Positions 9,862-19,935 of a DNA stretch of 64,000 nucleotides are shown piece by piece; the first letter of the stretch is position 1, and each line of letters begins with the position of its first letter. Below the pieces are notes generated by a model, which made no database searches, was not told the origin of the DNA, and was given only the letters and a program-made list of their open reading frames with translations. Both the position numbers and the translations under genes were made by a program. Origin of the DNA: a virus (lineage: Duplodnaviria > Heunggongvirae > Uroviricota > Caudoviricetes); IMG/VR virus record IMGVR_UViG_3300036770_007945, positions 1 through 64,000 of that record. One strand, written 5' to 3'.

Positions 9862-10119
9862 TCAATAGTGTTCGTTTTTGTGACACTCAACACACAAAGA
9901 GGTTAGGTTGCTCCTCTCGTTTTGCCCACCTTTACTTAAAGGAATGATATGATGACTGTGAAGCAAGTGTTTAGCATTATAGAAACTCTTTTTGCACTTT
10001 TGACACTGCCAGTTGTTAGACTGTCTACTAAAAGAGCTTAACTGTTGCCAATTATCTCCATAAGCCTGTTTGCTTTTTGAAAGCCTTCCTTGAATTTTTG
10101 ATACTTTGGAAAGATACAT
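9862..10119 (-). CDS. HNH endonuclease.
   Basis: Motifs CQKC...HHIIP...N...CVECH in an 85-aa protein. Confidence 0.6.
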   Translation of the reverse strand: MYLSKVSKIQGRLSKSKQAYGDNWQQLSSFSRQSNNWQCQKCKKSFYNAKHLLHSHHIIPLSKGGQNERSNLTSLCVECHKNEHY

Positions 10120-10235
10120 TTTACCTCTGACTTGTTTTATACCTTATGTCTTACTAATTTTATTACTAAAATTAACACAGTATTAAGAGATAAATTTCAA
10201 AGATACCTTATACTAATAACGCTATTAAAGAGAAC

Positions 10236-10820
10236 ATGCCAAACATCCCTGCTAACAACACTGTATCAGATATAGATAATCGTATACGTCTTCTGGAAAA
10301 GATTAACGTAGAGACTTTAGATCTAGAAGACTCAATTGCTTACTACGTTGCCTTGACTGAAGTTTTAAAAGAGAAACGTAAATTCGTTCTCAACCTCGCA
10401 CAATATCGAACTGCGGTGCTTATTGAATCTCAATTGCAAGCAATTAAAAAGGTTTTACAAAGTTTAATTCAATTATCTGTTAATAACATTACCAATACTA
10501 CTAGCGTAGATCAATTTTTAACAGAACAAGAGTTAAAGCCAAACAAATTTCGTAACTGGCAAGGACAAGCCTTCGCTAAAGATATTACAGATATAGAGGC
10601 ACAAATTCGCACAATACTTTTTGGAGTCTCCTTCACTTTAGACTTCACAGGTAGTATTTTTAGTATTCTTATTAAGACAGACAGCTTTTTCGATACTACT
10701 ACTGAAATTGAAACATTAAAGAATTACTGTAAAGAAAATAATTTTAAACTAAACAAGACTCCTTCGGGTTATAGTATAGTTATTCCTGAATTAGAGCAAC
10801 GTTTTCAAGTAAAATCGTAA
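10236..10820 (+). CDS. Hypothetical protein.
   Basis: A 194-aa ORF. Confidence 0.4.
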   Translation: MPNIPANNTVSDIDNRIRLLEKINVETLDLEDSIAYYVALTEVLKEKRKFVLNLAQYRTAVLIESQLQAIKKVLQSLIQLSVNNITNTTSVDQFLTEQELKPNKFRNWQGQAFAKDITDIEAQIRTILFGVSFTLDFTGSIFSILIKTDSFFDTTTEIETLKNYCKENNFKLNKTPSGYSIVIPELEQRFQVKS

Positions 10821-10885
10821 ACGTTTCTATATTATACCATAAAACGATTAAATAACGTTTAACGCTTAGCTTAACTGAAATAAAT

Positions 10886-12019
10886 ATGTTTATTAATAAA
10901 CTACTACGAGGTTCATCAAACACTGTTGCAGTATACTTCAAAGATAACAATAATCTTCCGTTAGTGTTATCCTCGCCTCCGACTTTTTCTTTTAACGATT
11001 TTGAAGGGAGTTTGCTCGTCAGTGGTTTGTGTATTCAAGATAATCTAGATTCAAGCAAGTGGACTGCTACTTTCACAGTGCCTTCACAGGCTACAATAAC
11101 TACTTCGGAAACTACTGCATACTCTTTAAACTTTACAGCGGCTCTCCCAAACAATACAACGAAACAGATATCCCGCCTGTATGAGGTTGCTGAATCAAAT
11201 TTCCTTGTAGTCAACAACAATATACCTTTAGTTACAACTTCTGATAGTCTCTTTACAGATTTACTTCAAATCACTTACCCTTTTCAGGTGAGTCAATATA
11301 CTGTAGCTTTGCGCACAGATTTAAATTATATTTTCCAAACCTTCCCTACGATCACCAATCCTAGCGTATATGCAAGCAATCAAAAATACAATATATACAG
11401 ATTTGATTCAAACCAAATATTAAGCGCTATTACTAACACTTCTAATGTTGGTGGAAATCTCCAAGTTGTTTGGAGCTATGTCGTATCAGGAATTACGTAT
11501 ACGAAAATCAACCCCATATACATAGTCAACGCTTTAGGTTTTTCCATGATGCAAGATCTCAGAATGATTTTAGATAAATATCAATTTGTAGATCTTGACC
11601 CTAATCTACAATGGCGTGACTATGAACTCTTACATTTCGTGATAAAAGGCGTTCAGAGGATTAATTCTACCAATCCTCCAACAATGTTTGATCTTTCGAA
11701 TGTTCCTGTCTCTATGACTTATGCGGTAGGTCAAGCAGCTTTAGTAGAAGCCTGTAAATCCTGGTTCCTTGCAGAAGCTGAGAGGGCCTTCGACTTTCAA
11801 GGGCAAGATATATCTTTGAATATTGATCGCACAAATTATATACAGACGATTATGGATAACGCAAATTCCTGGTTAGAAAGCAACTTACCGTCGTTGAAGC
11901 AATCGATTGCTGTGCAAGCAGCTTATGGTTCTCGCGCTATTGCGACTATATCGTTAAGTCCTACTAGTAATTTTCCTGGATTGCAGACTCGCTACTGGCC
12001 AGCTTCACGCCTACTCTAA
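10886..12019 (+). CDS. Hypothetical protein.
   Basis: A 377-aa ORF. Confidence 0.45.
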   Translation: MFINKLLRGSSNTVAVYFKDNNNLPLVLSSPPTFSFNDFEGSLLVSGLCIQDNLDSSKWTATFTVPSQATITTSETTAYSLNFTAALPNNTTKQISRLYEVAESNFLVVNNNIPLVTTSDSLFTDLLQITYPFQVSQYTVALRTDLNYIFQTFPTITNPSVYASNQKYNIYRFDSNQILSAITNTSNVGGNLQVVWSYVVSGITYTKINPIYIVNALGFSMMQDLRMILDKYQFVDLDPNLQWRDYELLHFVIKGVQRINSTNPPTMFDLSNVPVSMTYAVGQAALVEACKSWFLAEAERAFDFQGQDISLNIDRTNYIQTIMDNANSWLESNLPSLKQSIAVQAAYGSRAIATISLSPTSNFPGLQTRYWPASRLL

Positions 12020-12115
12020 CTTATAAATCTTTATTGATTTATTTTTCTACATACTTAAAATTGTTAGAAATGTATTTTAAAATTTACATTTCTATCAATC
12101 TTAAATTTACTTTAT

Positions 12116-12655
12116 ATGTTTAAATCAACCAAAACTTACGGTAATGACAGAGGACTTAGTTGCTGCTTTAGACAATGGAGAGCGAAACACTCTCACTGTT
12201 CTTTACTGCACGGATACTCTATAGGAATCAAATTAACCTTCTCATCAGAGTCTTTAGATGCTTGCAACTGGGTAATGGATTTCGGAGGTCTAAAAGACTT
12301 TAAAGCTTGGGCAGATCATATGTTTGATCATACTCTAATTGTTGCTGAAGATGATCCAGAATTATATTTTTTTAAAGATATGTATAGAAGATCTGGAGTT
12401 CCTTTAGCTATAGGAGAAAAGCCTGAGGACTTCCTACCTTACAAAAGGGAAGGCCTTTGTGACTTGCGCATTGTTCCTGCTGTTGGTTGTGAGATGTTTG
12501 CGAAACTAGCTTTTGATGAAATGAACTCTCTACTTAAAAAAAAGAAAAATTGGGGTATAGTCGGTTCAGATACTCAGCTTGAAAGCGTTGAAGTTTTTGA
12601 ACATGGAGCCAATTCAGCAATCTATATTAATCCAGACCTCTTCAAGAGACTTTAA
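12116..12655 (+). CDS. queD: QueD-like protein of the 6-pyruvoyl-tetrahydropterin synthase (PTPS) family.
   Basis: FRQWRAKHSHCSLLHGYSIGIKL...WVMDFGGLK...DHMFDHTLI aligns by eye to the QueD/PTPS core (AAHRL...C..LHGH...DF..LK...LDH). The second His of the HGH zinc motif is replaced by Tyr. Confidence 0.5.
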   Translation: MFKSTKTYGNDRGLSCCFRQWRAKHSHCSLLHGYSIGIKLTFSSESLDACNWVMDFGGLKDFKAWADHMFDHTLIVAEDDPELYFFKDMYRRSGVPLAIGEKPEDFLPYKREGLCDLRIVPAVGCEMFAKLAFDEMNSLLKKKKNWGIVGSDTQLESVEVFEHGANSAIYINPDLFKRL

Positions 12656-12719
12656 TATACTTAAACAACTCTCTTAGATCTTTTATTTAGGAGAGTTTTA
12701 TAAATACGTTTTAGTTTTT

Positions 12720-13457
12720 CTAACTATTTAAAACTTCCTCAGAACTTTGGAAGGATTTGAATACAAACATTCCAGAGTTGGGCGTATAGGAAGACTTAAT
12801 AGATAGATCCACAGTGGCGTAAATAAAATTTCCTTCAACATCAACTCGGTTTTCGAAACTCATAGAGATATCAGGTATTACAACTGCAGGAATTCTCAAA
12901 TTTGATCCTAAATGCAATCCAATATCTCTAGGGGGTGCTGTAATTAAACTCGCATTGGGATCAAACTGTTTTACAGCAGAAAGCGCAAGATTTTCAGCAA
13001 TACCCTGCTCTCCAGGTGTTAATTCTCTATTACCTTGAGGAATCGACAACCTCGTTAAAATTTCTAACTTGTCCATAATTTCTTTTTTTGCATTCTCATA
13101 AGCAGTTAGAGTAACTTTTAATCTAAACTCTAAAGGACTAGTTCCTCTCCACATCTGGTGACTGAAAGAAGAAATATATGCGTTGCGGTTGGTAGCGCGA
13201 GCGTAGGTTTCGTAAGCGAAGGCTCCCGGTTCACCAACAGCCGGAACATATTTAGCCCCTTTATTGATGAAGTCGATCAAATTACCCTCACTAAAAGCTT
13301 CCCACGAAGAAGAGATACCAAAGCTAATATCCTCAGGTAAGGGAAGCGTAAGTATACCAGCAGGGCTATCTACAGTAGCAGGGATAGATCGATGGACTAG
13401 CCTAATTAAACCGTGACCAGGCAAAGCATTGTTTTGAGGGGTAGGAGAAGTAGCCAT
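12720..13457 (-). CDS. Hypothetical protein.
   Basis: A 245-aa ORF. Confidence 0.45.
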   Translation of the reverse strand: MATSPTPQNNALPGHGLIRLVHRSIPATVDSPAGILTLPLPEDISFGISSSWEAFSEGNLIDFINKGAKYVPAVGEPGAFAYETYARATNRNAYISSFSHQMWRGTSPLEFRLKVTLTAYENAKKEIMDKLEILTRLSIPQGNRELTPGEQGIAENLALSAVKQFDPNASLITAPPRDIGLHLGSNLRIPAVVIPDISMSFENRVDVEGNFIYATVDLSIKSSYTPNSGMFVFKSFQSSEEVLNS

Positions 13458-13557
13458 ATAAGATCTTAATTTGTTACTATGAAGTTATTTAAAAAATCTG
13501 TGTAAGTTTTAAATAAAATTAATACTTTGTTAAGATAGTAATTTATTTTAGACTTAT

Positions 13558-13974
13558 TTACAAAACATCTAGCTGTTGCCTGATTAAATGCAGGAGAAAC
13601 TTTTCTAGAGATGAGAATCCTCTAATGGCTTTGACTTTGTGTAAGCGGACTAAGTCTTTTTGGGGTAGAGATACAATCACTTTGCGTTTTAGTTTGTCCC
13701 CTCCGCCGGCTTGCTCGTATACTTGTTTAGCTCTTTTGATTGCATTAACATACTCATTAGCTCTTCTACGCTGCTCTGGCAATAAGTAGTTTGCAGACTC
13801 GTTAACATATTCAGCTTCTGCTGTATAATGTATATTGTGGTGGCAGGTAGAACAAACCTCCAACAAAGGCCCGTCTTCAGGACCTCCATACTCTTTGGGT
13901 AAAATGTGATGTTTCTCTAACTTGAGTTGTGGATTCAAACAAATAGGACAAGACTGGATACTATGCATAAACAA
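13558..13974 (-). CDS. HNH endonuclease.
   Basis: Motifs CPIC...HHILP...CSTCHHNIH. Confidence 0.6.
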   Translation of the reverse strand: MFMHSIQSCPICLNPQLKLEKHHILPKEYGGPEDGPLLEVCSTCHHNIHYTAEAEYVNESANYLLPEQRRRANEYVNAIKRAKQVYEQAGGGDKLKRKVIVSLPQKDLVRLHKVKAIRGFSSLEKFLLHLIRQQLDVL

Positions 13975-13980
13975 TATGTT

Positions 13981-14580
13981 TTAGTTAAGACCTCTTCTCT
14001 GTAACTTATAAACCTTGTTTAAAGCAGTTAAAGCTCCTAGCATTCCGCTGCCTCGGTGTGTGAAGTAATAGCTTTTGTATTTAGAGCTAAATTTAATAAA
14101 TGGTGCCTGAGGCTCTTTTAGGTTGCTATTGAAAACAACTAACAAAGTTTCTAAATTATCTCGAGGTTTAAATAACGCGACGAAGTATTCTACAACGGAG
14201 CAAAGAGTTAGAAACCTACGATACTTACTTTCTCCTGTAAACATACGAATATCTATTTTAAACATAAGAATTTTAAAGGTATCTTTATGTTTAGGAGTAT
14301 GTTTTAAAACCTGTGTAGAATCCAAGACTCTCCAAGAAAACCATTTACTGTGTAAAGCAGTTTTAATTAAATCGTTAGGGTTGTTTTGCTTCAAGGTAGT
14401 TTTAACTCTGCCCCGTAAAGTGCTATTATCTCCTTTAACAAGTCGGTTATTATAATTAACATTGAGGGGAGAGACCCATGAACCTAAAAGCCAGTTAGAT
14501 CCTAGAAAATTCTTTGGCAAGAATCTGCCAAAGCGCAAAGGGTGAATCCTAACATTTTTGGGAAGAGTTACGCTTATCAC
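13981..14580 (-). CDS. Hypothetical protein.
   Basis: A 199-aa ORF directly upstream of the HNH gene on the same strand. Confidence 0.35.
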   Translation of the reverse strand: MISVTLPKNVRIHPLRFGRFLPKNFLGSNWLLGSWVSPLNVNYNNRLVKGDNSTLRGRVKTTLKQNNPNDLIKTALHSKWFSWRVLDSTQVLKHTPKHKDTFKILMFKIDIRMFTGESKYRRFLTLCSVVEYFVALFKPRDNLETLLVVFNSNLKEPQAPFIKFSSKYKSYYFTHRGSGMLGALTALNKVYKLQRRGLN

Positions 14581-14716
14581 GTGTTAATAAAAGATAACGA
14601 GTGTTAGTAAAAGTTTAAAGGTGTAAATAAAATTAGATTAAGTTTTTAGAGAGTAACTTTAAGGCTCTAGTAGGCGGGTTAAAACCTACTAGATTAAGGA
14701 AGTTATGGTTAGTTTA

Positions 14717-15445
14717 TTAAGAGTTATCTTTCGAATCCTCAGAACCAGCTTCAAGCTGCTTTAAACGTTTAGCTGCATCGGTTTTAATCTTAGCAACATG
14801 AGACTTTTCAGATAGATGAGTTAAATCTGCTTCAGTCATTCTATGAGCAACACTTTGAAACTGTTGGAAAAGAGAGCTGTGACTTTCTTGAGATTCACTA
14901 TCACAAAAAGTATGAACAATAGCAGTCAAGGGTTTAGCTTCATGCTTAGTCGGCTTTTTCGTAGTGCCAGTGCTACTAGCAGCTCTGCGATTTAAATCCG
15001 CAAGAATATCAGAATCCTCAATCGTTACTGTGCGAACAAGATCTTGGCTGCGCAAGTATTCAAGAGCGTCTCGAGCTTCAGAGGTCTTCATGATGCGTTC
15101 ATAAGCTTCTTGAGATACTAGAGTAAGAAGTCTTTGATTAACCAATTGTTTGAAGCTAGCGGATTCAATAATATCTTTTGCTCCAGCCAAATCACTCAAA
15201 GCTATCGGAATCCAGGTAACAGGGACAGTAACATATCGGGTTTTGTCTGTTGTTTCGATAGCGATATGTAGGGTTGCTTCATAAGGCTCTGAGCGAGGAG
15301 CACTACGGAGAACACCATTATATTCCTCGGAGTTGGTAGGAATACGAGCAGTATTCACTGCATAGATACCGTAATCCGGATTTTCTAGTCGGAGCGCTAA
15401 AAGATCCGAAAGAGTAAGGAAATCTGTTTTTTTAAAAATACTCAT
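14717..15445 (-). CDS. Hypothetical protein.
   Basis: A 242-aa ORF. Confidence 0.45.
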   Translation of the reverse strand: MSIFKKTDFLTLSDLLALRLENPDYGIYAVNTARIPTNSEEYNGVLRSAPRSEPYEATLHIAIETTDKTRYVTVPVTWIPIALSDLAGAKDIIESASFKQLVNQRLLTLVSQEAYERIMKTSEARDALEYLRSQDLVRTVTIEDSDILADLNRRAASSTGTTKKPTKHEAKPLTAIVHTFCDSESQESHSSLFQQFQSVAHRMTEADLTHLSEKSHVAKIKTDAAKRLKQLEAGSEDSKDNS

Positions 15446-15471
15446 AATAAAGAAATTAATTAAATTAATAA

Positions 15472-15557
15472 TGGTGGAGAGGGCAGGATTTGAACCTGCG
15501 AACGCTTTCGCGGGCAGATTTACAGTCTGCTGCCATTGACCACTCGGCCACCTCTCC
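15472..15557 (-). tRNA. tRNA-Tyr (GTA) with a long variable arm.
   Basis: The reverse complement reads GGAGAGGTGGCCGAGTGGTCAATGGCAGCAGACTGTAAATCTGC...GGTTCAAATCCTGCCCTCTCCACCA. It has a 7-bp acceptor stem, a GTA anticodon in a 7-nt loop, a long variable arm, a T-loop and an encoded CCA. Confidence 0.85.
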
Positions 15558-15707
15558 AGATGACTTTGAGAAAAGCTACTTTAATATTAAAACTTTTTTC
15601 AGGAATAGGCAACTTAAAAAGAGAGGCTATACTTACTGTGTATCGAAAAAGAGGTTAAGTTTCTTTATCCCAAACTAATTTTAGATCTTGTTTTATAAAA
15701 TTCTGAA

Positions 15708-16061
15708 CTAACTTAAATAATCCTTACCAAAGTGTATAACAAAAAGAAGCAGTTCTTTACATTTAGGTCCATTTAATAGTGTATGAACATAATGTTTAGA
15801 ATCCTTTTTTAATTTCTCGAAGGTAGCATAATCTTTAGGAGAGACTTCTACAGGTTCCTCAGTAGTATCTAAATATAATTGTAGATAACCTGGAGTTTTA
15901 GAGTCTCCTGATACTTCTAGATAGTAATCCCCACAAAGTTTATCAAGTTTCTCCTGGACTCCCTCAGTTTTGAATTGATGTATACGAATTAAAGTAATAA
16001 CCTCCTTGCTTAAGGATTCTGTGAGATTTTCAAAGTTACTACTATCTTTATTATTTGCCAT
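15708..16061 (-). CDS. Hypothetical protein.
   Basis: A 117-aa ORF. Confidence 0.4.
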   Translation of the reverse strand: MANNKDSSNFENLTESLSKEVITLIRIHQFKTEGVQEKLDKLCGDYYLEVSGDSKTPGYLQLYLDTTEEPVEVSPKDYATFEKLKKDSKHYVHTLLNGPKCKELLLFVIHFGKDYLS

Positions 16062-16087
16062 AGAGATGAAGAATTAATATTAAAAAA

Positions 16088-16933
16088 TTATAAATGAGGA
16101 ACTATATTATAAAACACTCGAAAGTATTGAGGGGTTTTCGTAAGCAAATACCCTACAACGGCTTGTCGAATTTGTTTTAAGTCTTTTCTTTCTTTTAAAT
16201 ACATATCCAGTATTGCATAAATACCTAAAAGAAAGGCGTCTGTTTGGTGCTCTGTTAGTTTGCAGTTTCTTTTTAACTGCTTATCGTTTTTCCATGCATC
16301 ATACAAAATATCTAACCCCTTGCCTTCAGGTTTATCTAGTAAATTGTAATAACGCTTCCACTGAGCAGGAATTAAAAGACGTGCAGAAGAGACCTGTTTG
16401 TTAAGGAAGTTATTAACGGTAAGAGACAAATTCAGATTAATGATTTCGTTACTAGGACCTTTAAATCCGCGAGCTTGATATCTTTCCATAACTACGTGAT
16501 CAACAGGGGTATTGAAGACTGTAGAGTTTTTTTCCCTGAAGTCCTGAATGTGAGGAATGATGTTTCCTTGTTTAACTTCTGTTAAGGTTTGTTGTAGAAA
16601 ACCTACATGAGTTAACTTTACGTCTGCAAGAAAATTCATAATATATGCTAAAACCTGTTCATTGTTTGCTTCATCTACATTTAAGGTAAATCTCGGGGTC
16701 TTCACTATGACATATCCAAAGTTCTTAATACCAGGATCTCCGCAGAAAAAAACCACAGAATCCTTCTTGTAGTTATATTTTGCGATAACTAATAGATCTG
16801 TAACAGCCTTTAGAGTAGCCAACAAAGGTTTACTTTTTTTAGCAGACCTCTTATTTTTATCCGCCTTAGTTTTATCAGAAGAGGTTTTAGATTTTTTTAA
16901 AACATTTTTAATGTTTGTTTTTTCAAGAGACAT
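16088..16933 (-). CDS. RuvC-like Holliday-junction resolvase (A22/Ydc2-like).
   Basis: VFFCGDPGIKNFGYVIV resembles the RuvC N-terminal motif (GIDPG..G.a). The N-terminus is basic and Lys-rich. Confidence 0.45.
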   Translation of the reverse strand: MSLEKTNIKNVLKKSKTSSDKTKADKNKRSAKKSKPLLATLKAVTDLLVIAKYNYKKDSVVFFCGDPGIKNFGYVIVKTPRFTLNVDEANNEQVLAYIMNFLADVKLTHVGFLQQTLTEVKQGNIIPHIQDFREKNSTVFNTPVDHVVMERYQARGFKGPSNEIINLNLSLTVNNFLNKQVSSARLLIPAQWKRYYNLLDKPEGKGLDILYDAWKNDKQLKRNCKLTEHQTDAFLLGIYAILDMYLKERKDLKQIRQAVVGYLLTKTPQYFRVFYNIVPHL

Positions 16934-17117
16934 ATTATAGTTATATAAGGTGTTTAGCTTTACTAATATTTGATTGTTGTAGATAAATTATCTTTTAAAA
17001 TAAACAATCTCATTACCTTAGAGAATAAGGACTTTAAAAAGAAAATGCAACGGTTTTTGAAAATAAGATGCACAATAATTTTATTAATATAAAACTACTA
17101 CAAACTTAACGACAACT

Positions 17118-18395
17118 ATGATTTTTGACAACTTTCCAAATCCAGCGAGAACAACAATTTTACCTCCTAACTATAGAAGAGGTGAAGAAGTAAATAAGTA
17201 TGTTGAACATTATGCAGACTCTCAGCTATTAAAAGTAAAAGAAGCTCTAGCTGTGCAAGGTTCGGATATAGTGGTTTGGAATAGGCAATTAGGTAATAGA
17301 TACTGCACCTGTCAGGATTTAGAGTCTGTAATTAATAACAACCCAGCAGCTATCGAAGAAAGACCTTTAGTTATAGCGGAAGTAAAGAAGAGAGAAATTA
17401 GTCAAATAGGAACAACACCTAAAGTAGTTATGCGCTCTAAAAGTCAACTAGGAAACTTACTACAAGAGGCAAATTTAAAAGATTTATCAGGTATTGTAGA
17501 GGGTTTGTATGAGGATGTTCCGGAACTTACACTGTATCAAGGGGAGCCTTCAGAGAAATTAAAAGGAACAACAAATTCTGCGCTCGAAGAAGCCTTCATT
17601 AGACAAAAAGAAAACTTAGGAACAGAAAACGCAGAACATGTAAATTGCCCAATTTGTTTTGGCACTAGAAGAAGTGATAGCTATCAACCACACAAAGGTT
17701 CGAGATTGGTCCTCGATGCATCAGATTTTTATAAGCAGCAGCTTACAGGCGTTTCTATTGATCGCACAAATTTTCCTTACAGATTTAGATTTTTAGGGGA
17801 AAACTCTTCAATACTGTGGGAATTAAGTTTACCTAAATATTTTAAGGTAGTCTCAATAAAAGCTTACAACATGGAGAATATAACTACCGCAGTAGATTTA
17901 ACCTTCGATATCGATAAGAGTAATAATTTTAATTCTTTAAGTTTAGACAACCTCCAAGCTCGCAGCGGCCTAAACAACAACGTAACTAGAGTTAAAGCGA
18001 CATATTCTAAAGACCGGGTTTCAAAAAACTTACAAACAATAGAACCTGTCTTAACGCACTTAGAAATTGTTATTCTTTACTCTAACACTTACGAGAAAGG
18101 GGAGCTACCTTTATTGAATATCCCTGAACACATAGACTATCAAGAGATGTTTTTAAGATCTAGAATAGTATTGTCTCCGGAGACTCCTTTATATAGAAAT
18201 GACTTGATCAGTGAAAATAAGTATGGACTCTTATGGCAAGTTGTAGATTTAGATAAATCCAATACCAATACAGGAAAACCTTTAAGACTGAGTGCCTCTA
18301 TTAGGTTGGTTCAAAATTCAGAAAGATTATATAATCTATCAGTGTTTACGAAAAAATTAACTCAAAGCCGTCTTGATTATACAAGCGCTTCGTAA
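17118..18395 (+). CDS. Hypothetical protein with a CxxC zinc-ribbon-like motif.
   Basis: A 425-aa ORF containing NCPICFGTRRSD. Confidence 0.45.
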   Translation: MIFDNFPNPARTTILPPNYRRGEEVNKYVEHYADSQLLKVKEALAVQGSDIVVWNRQLGNRYCTCQDLESVINNNPAAIEERPLVIAEVKKREISQIGTTPKVVMRSKSQLGNLLQEANLKDLSGIVEGLYEDVPELTLYQGEPSEKLKGTTNSALEEAFIRQKENLGTENAEHVNCPICFGTRRSDSYQPHKGSRLVLDASDFYKQQLTGVSIDRTNFPYRFRFLGENSSILWELSLPKYFKVVSIKAYNMENITTAVDLTFDIDKSNNFNSLSLDNLQARSGLNNNVTRVKATYSKDRVSKNLQTIEPVLTHLEIVILYSNTYEKGELPLLNIPEHIDYQEMFLRSRIVLSPETPLYRNDLISENKYGLLWQVVDLDKSNTNTGKPLRLSASIRLVQNSERLYNLSVFTKKLTQSRLDYTSAS

Positions 18396-18561
18396 ATAAA
18401 GGCCTGGCAGATTAAAAATACCTCTATAAAATAATTTCCTAGCCTTGATTAAACAAAAGAATTCAAGATAGATTCAGTTTTATACATTACTGATACTTTC
18501 TTGTATTTTTATTTAAGAAAAGACCTTTTAAAACAAATAACAACAATTAATTAAAAAACTT

Positions 18562-19935
18562 ATGAATACTTTACTAATTAGCTTAATAAGCTTTTTTACT
18601 TTATCAATAATAATAACCTTGCTAGTTGCTTTTTTATTGCGTCGGGTTGTTCCTACAAACGAGGTGCACATCGTCCAGTCTTCTAAAAAGACTACATCTT
18701 ATGGAAAAGAGCAAGGACAAAACACCTACTATGAATTTCCTTCGTGGGTGCCTATCGTAGGGATTACAAAGACTATTTTGCCTGTGAGCGTTTTTGATTT
18801 AGACTTACGCGGATATGAAGCTTATGATAAAGGTAGACTACCTTTCTTGACAGAAATCAAAGCTTTCTTCCGAATCGACGATAGCAACTTAACAGCTCAA
18901 AGAATTTCTTCGTTTGAAGAACTTAAAGAGCAACTGCTCGCAATAGTGCAAGGAGCTGTTAGAACAATTCTTGCAAAATATGATATCGAACAGATCATGC
19001 AGGAGCGTGCAAAATTTGGAGAGGAATTCACAAAAGAGATTGAAAAAGAGCTGACAAGCTGGGGGGTTGTGTCTGTAAAAAACCTCGAATTAATGGATAT
19101 AAGAGATCAGCAAAACATCAACGTCATTCGTAACATAACAGAGAAAAAGAAATCTTTAATAGATAAAGAATCCAGAATAGAGGTCGCCAAAAATACTCAA
19201 TTAGCAAAAGCCGCCGAGATTGAAGCATCAAAGAAAACCGAACTGTTAACTCAAGAGGCTCAACAGGAGATAGGTCAGAGGCAAGCCTTAACAAAAAAAG
19301 AGATCGGAATCTCAGAACAGAAAACGTTACAGGATATTAAGGAACAAGAGAAAGTAACAAAAGAAAAGGAGATGGAGATAGTTCGAGTGGAAGAGGTAAA
19401 AAGAGCGGAAATCCAGAAAGATAAGCAAGTGGTAGAGGCTAACCAACAAAAAGAAACAAACATTACTTTGGCGGAGGGTGTAAAGCAACAAACCATTTTA
19501 GAGGCGGAAGCTAAATTACAAGCACAAAAACTCAACGCCGAAGGTATAAAAGTTGAAGGTGAAGCAAAAGCGACAGCAGAAGATGCAATGCAGTTGGCTC
19601 TAATAAAAGGCCAAGTTACTCTAGCTGATAAAGTTGGGAACAACGAAGGCTATCAAAACTATCTAGCTACTGTCCGTAAAATAGAGGCTGTGCAAATCAT
19701 AGGAGTAGAGCAAGCCAAAGCAATTAAGGACGCTGATATAAAAATTATTGCTAATGGAGGCAGCGTAGAGCAAGGAGTGAACAAAATCGGAGATATACTC
19801 TCAGCTAGAGGCGGCTTACAATTATCAAGTGCTTTAGAGTCTTTTAATCAGACAGAAGTAGGGAGATCCCTAATAGAAAGCTTTATTTCCTTAGGTTCCT
19901 CGCAGAAGCGTGATAAAGAATCTTCGCAAAAGTAA
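18562..19935 (+). CDS. SPFH (band-7) / flotillin-like membrane protein.
   Basis: An N-terminal hydrophobic segment is followed by a band-7-like core (...FFRIDD...ILAKYDIEQIMQERAKFGEEFTKEIEKELTSWGVVSV...) and a long Glu/Lys/Gln/Ala-rich coiled coil typical of flotillin/YqiK. Confidence 0.6.
   Translation: MNTLLISLISFFTLSIIITLLVAFLLRRVVPTNEVHIVQSSKKTTSYGKEQGQNTYYEFPSWVPIVGITKTILPVSVFDLDLRGYEAYDKGRLPFLTEIKAFFRIDDSNLTAQRISSFEELKEQLLAIVQGAVRTILAKYDIEQIMQERAKFGEEFTKEIEKELTSWGVVSVKNLELMDIRDQQNINVIRNITEKKKSLIDKESRIEVAKNTQLAKAAEIEASKKTELLTQEAQQEIGQRQALTKKEIGISEQKTLQDIKEQEKVTKEKEMEIVRVEEVKRAEIQKDKQVVEANQQKETNITLAEGVKQQTILEAEAKLQAQKLNAEGIKVEGEAKATAEDAMQLALIKGQVTLADKVGNNEGYQNYLATVRKIEAVQIIGVEQAKAIKDADIKIIANGGSVEQGVNKIGDILSARGGLQLSSALESFNQTEVGRSLIESFISLGSSQKRDKESSQK

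Noticed and set aside
15490-15678. A 62-aa plus-strand ORF overlapping tRNA-Tyr.
   Set aside because: It overlaps a high-confidence tRNA on the opposite strand.
19275-19643. A 122-aa minus-strand ORF inside the flotillin gene.
   Set aside because: It is antisense to a well-supported gene. Its Cys/Phe/Ser-rich translation is typical of the antisense of GAA/AAA-rich coiled-coil coding sequence.
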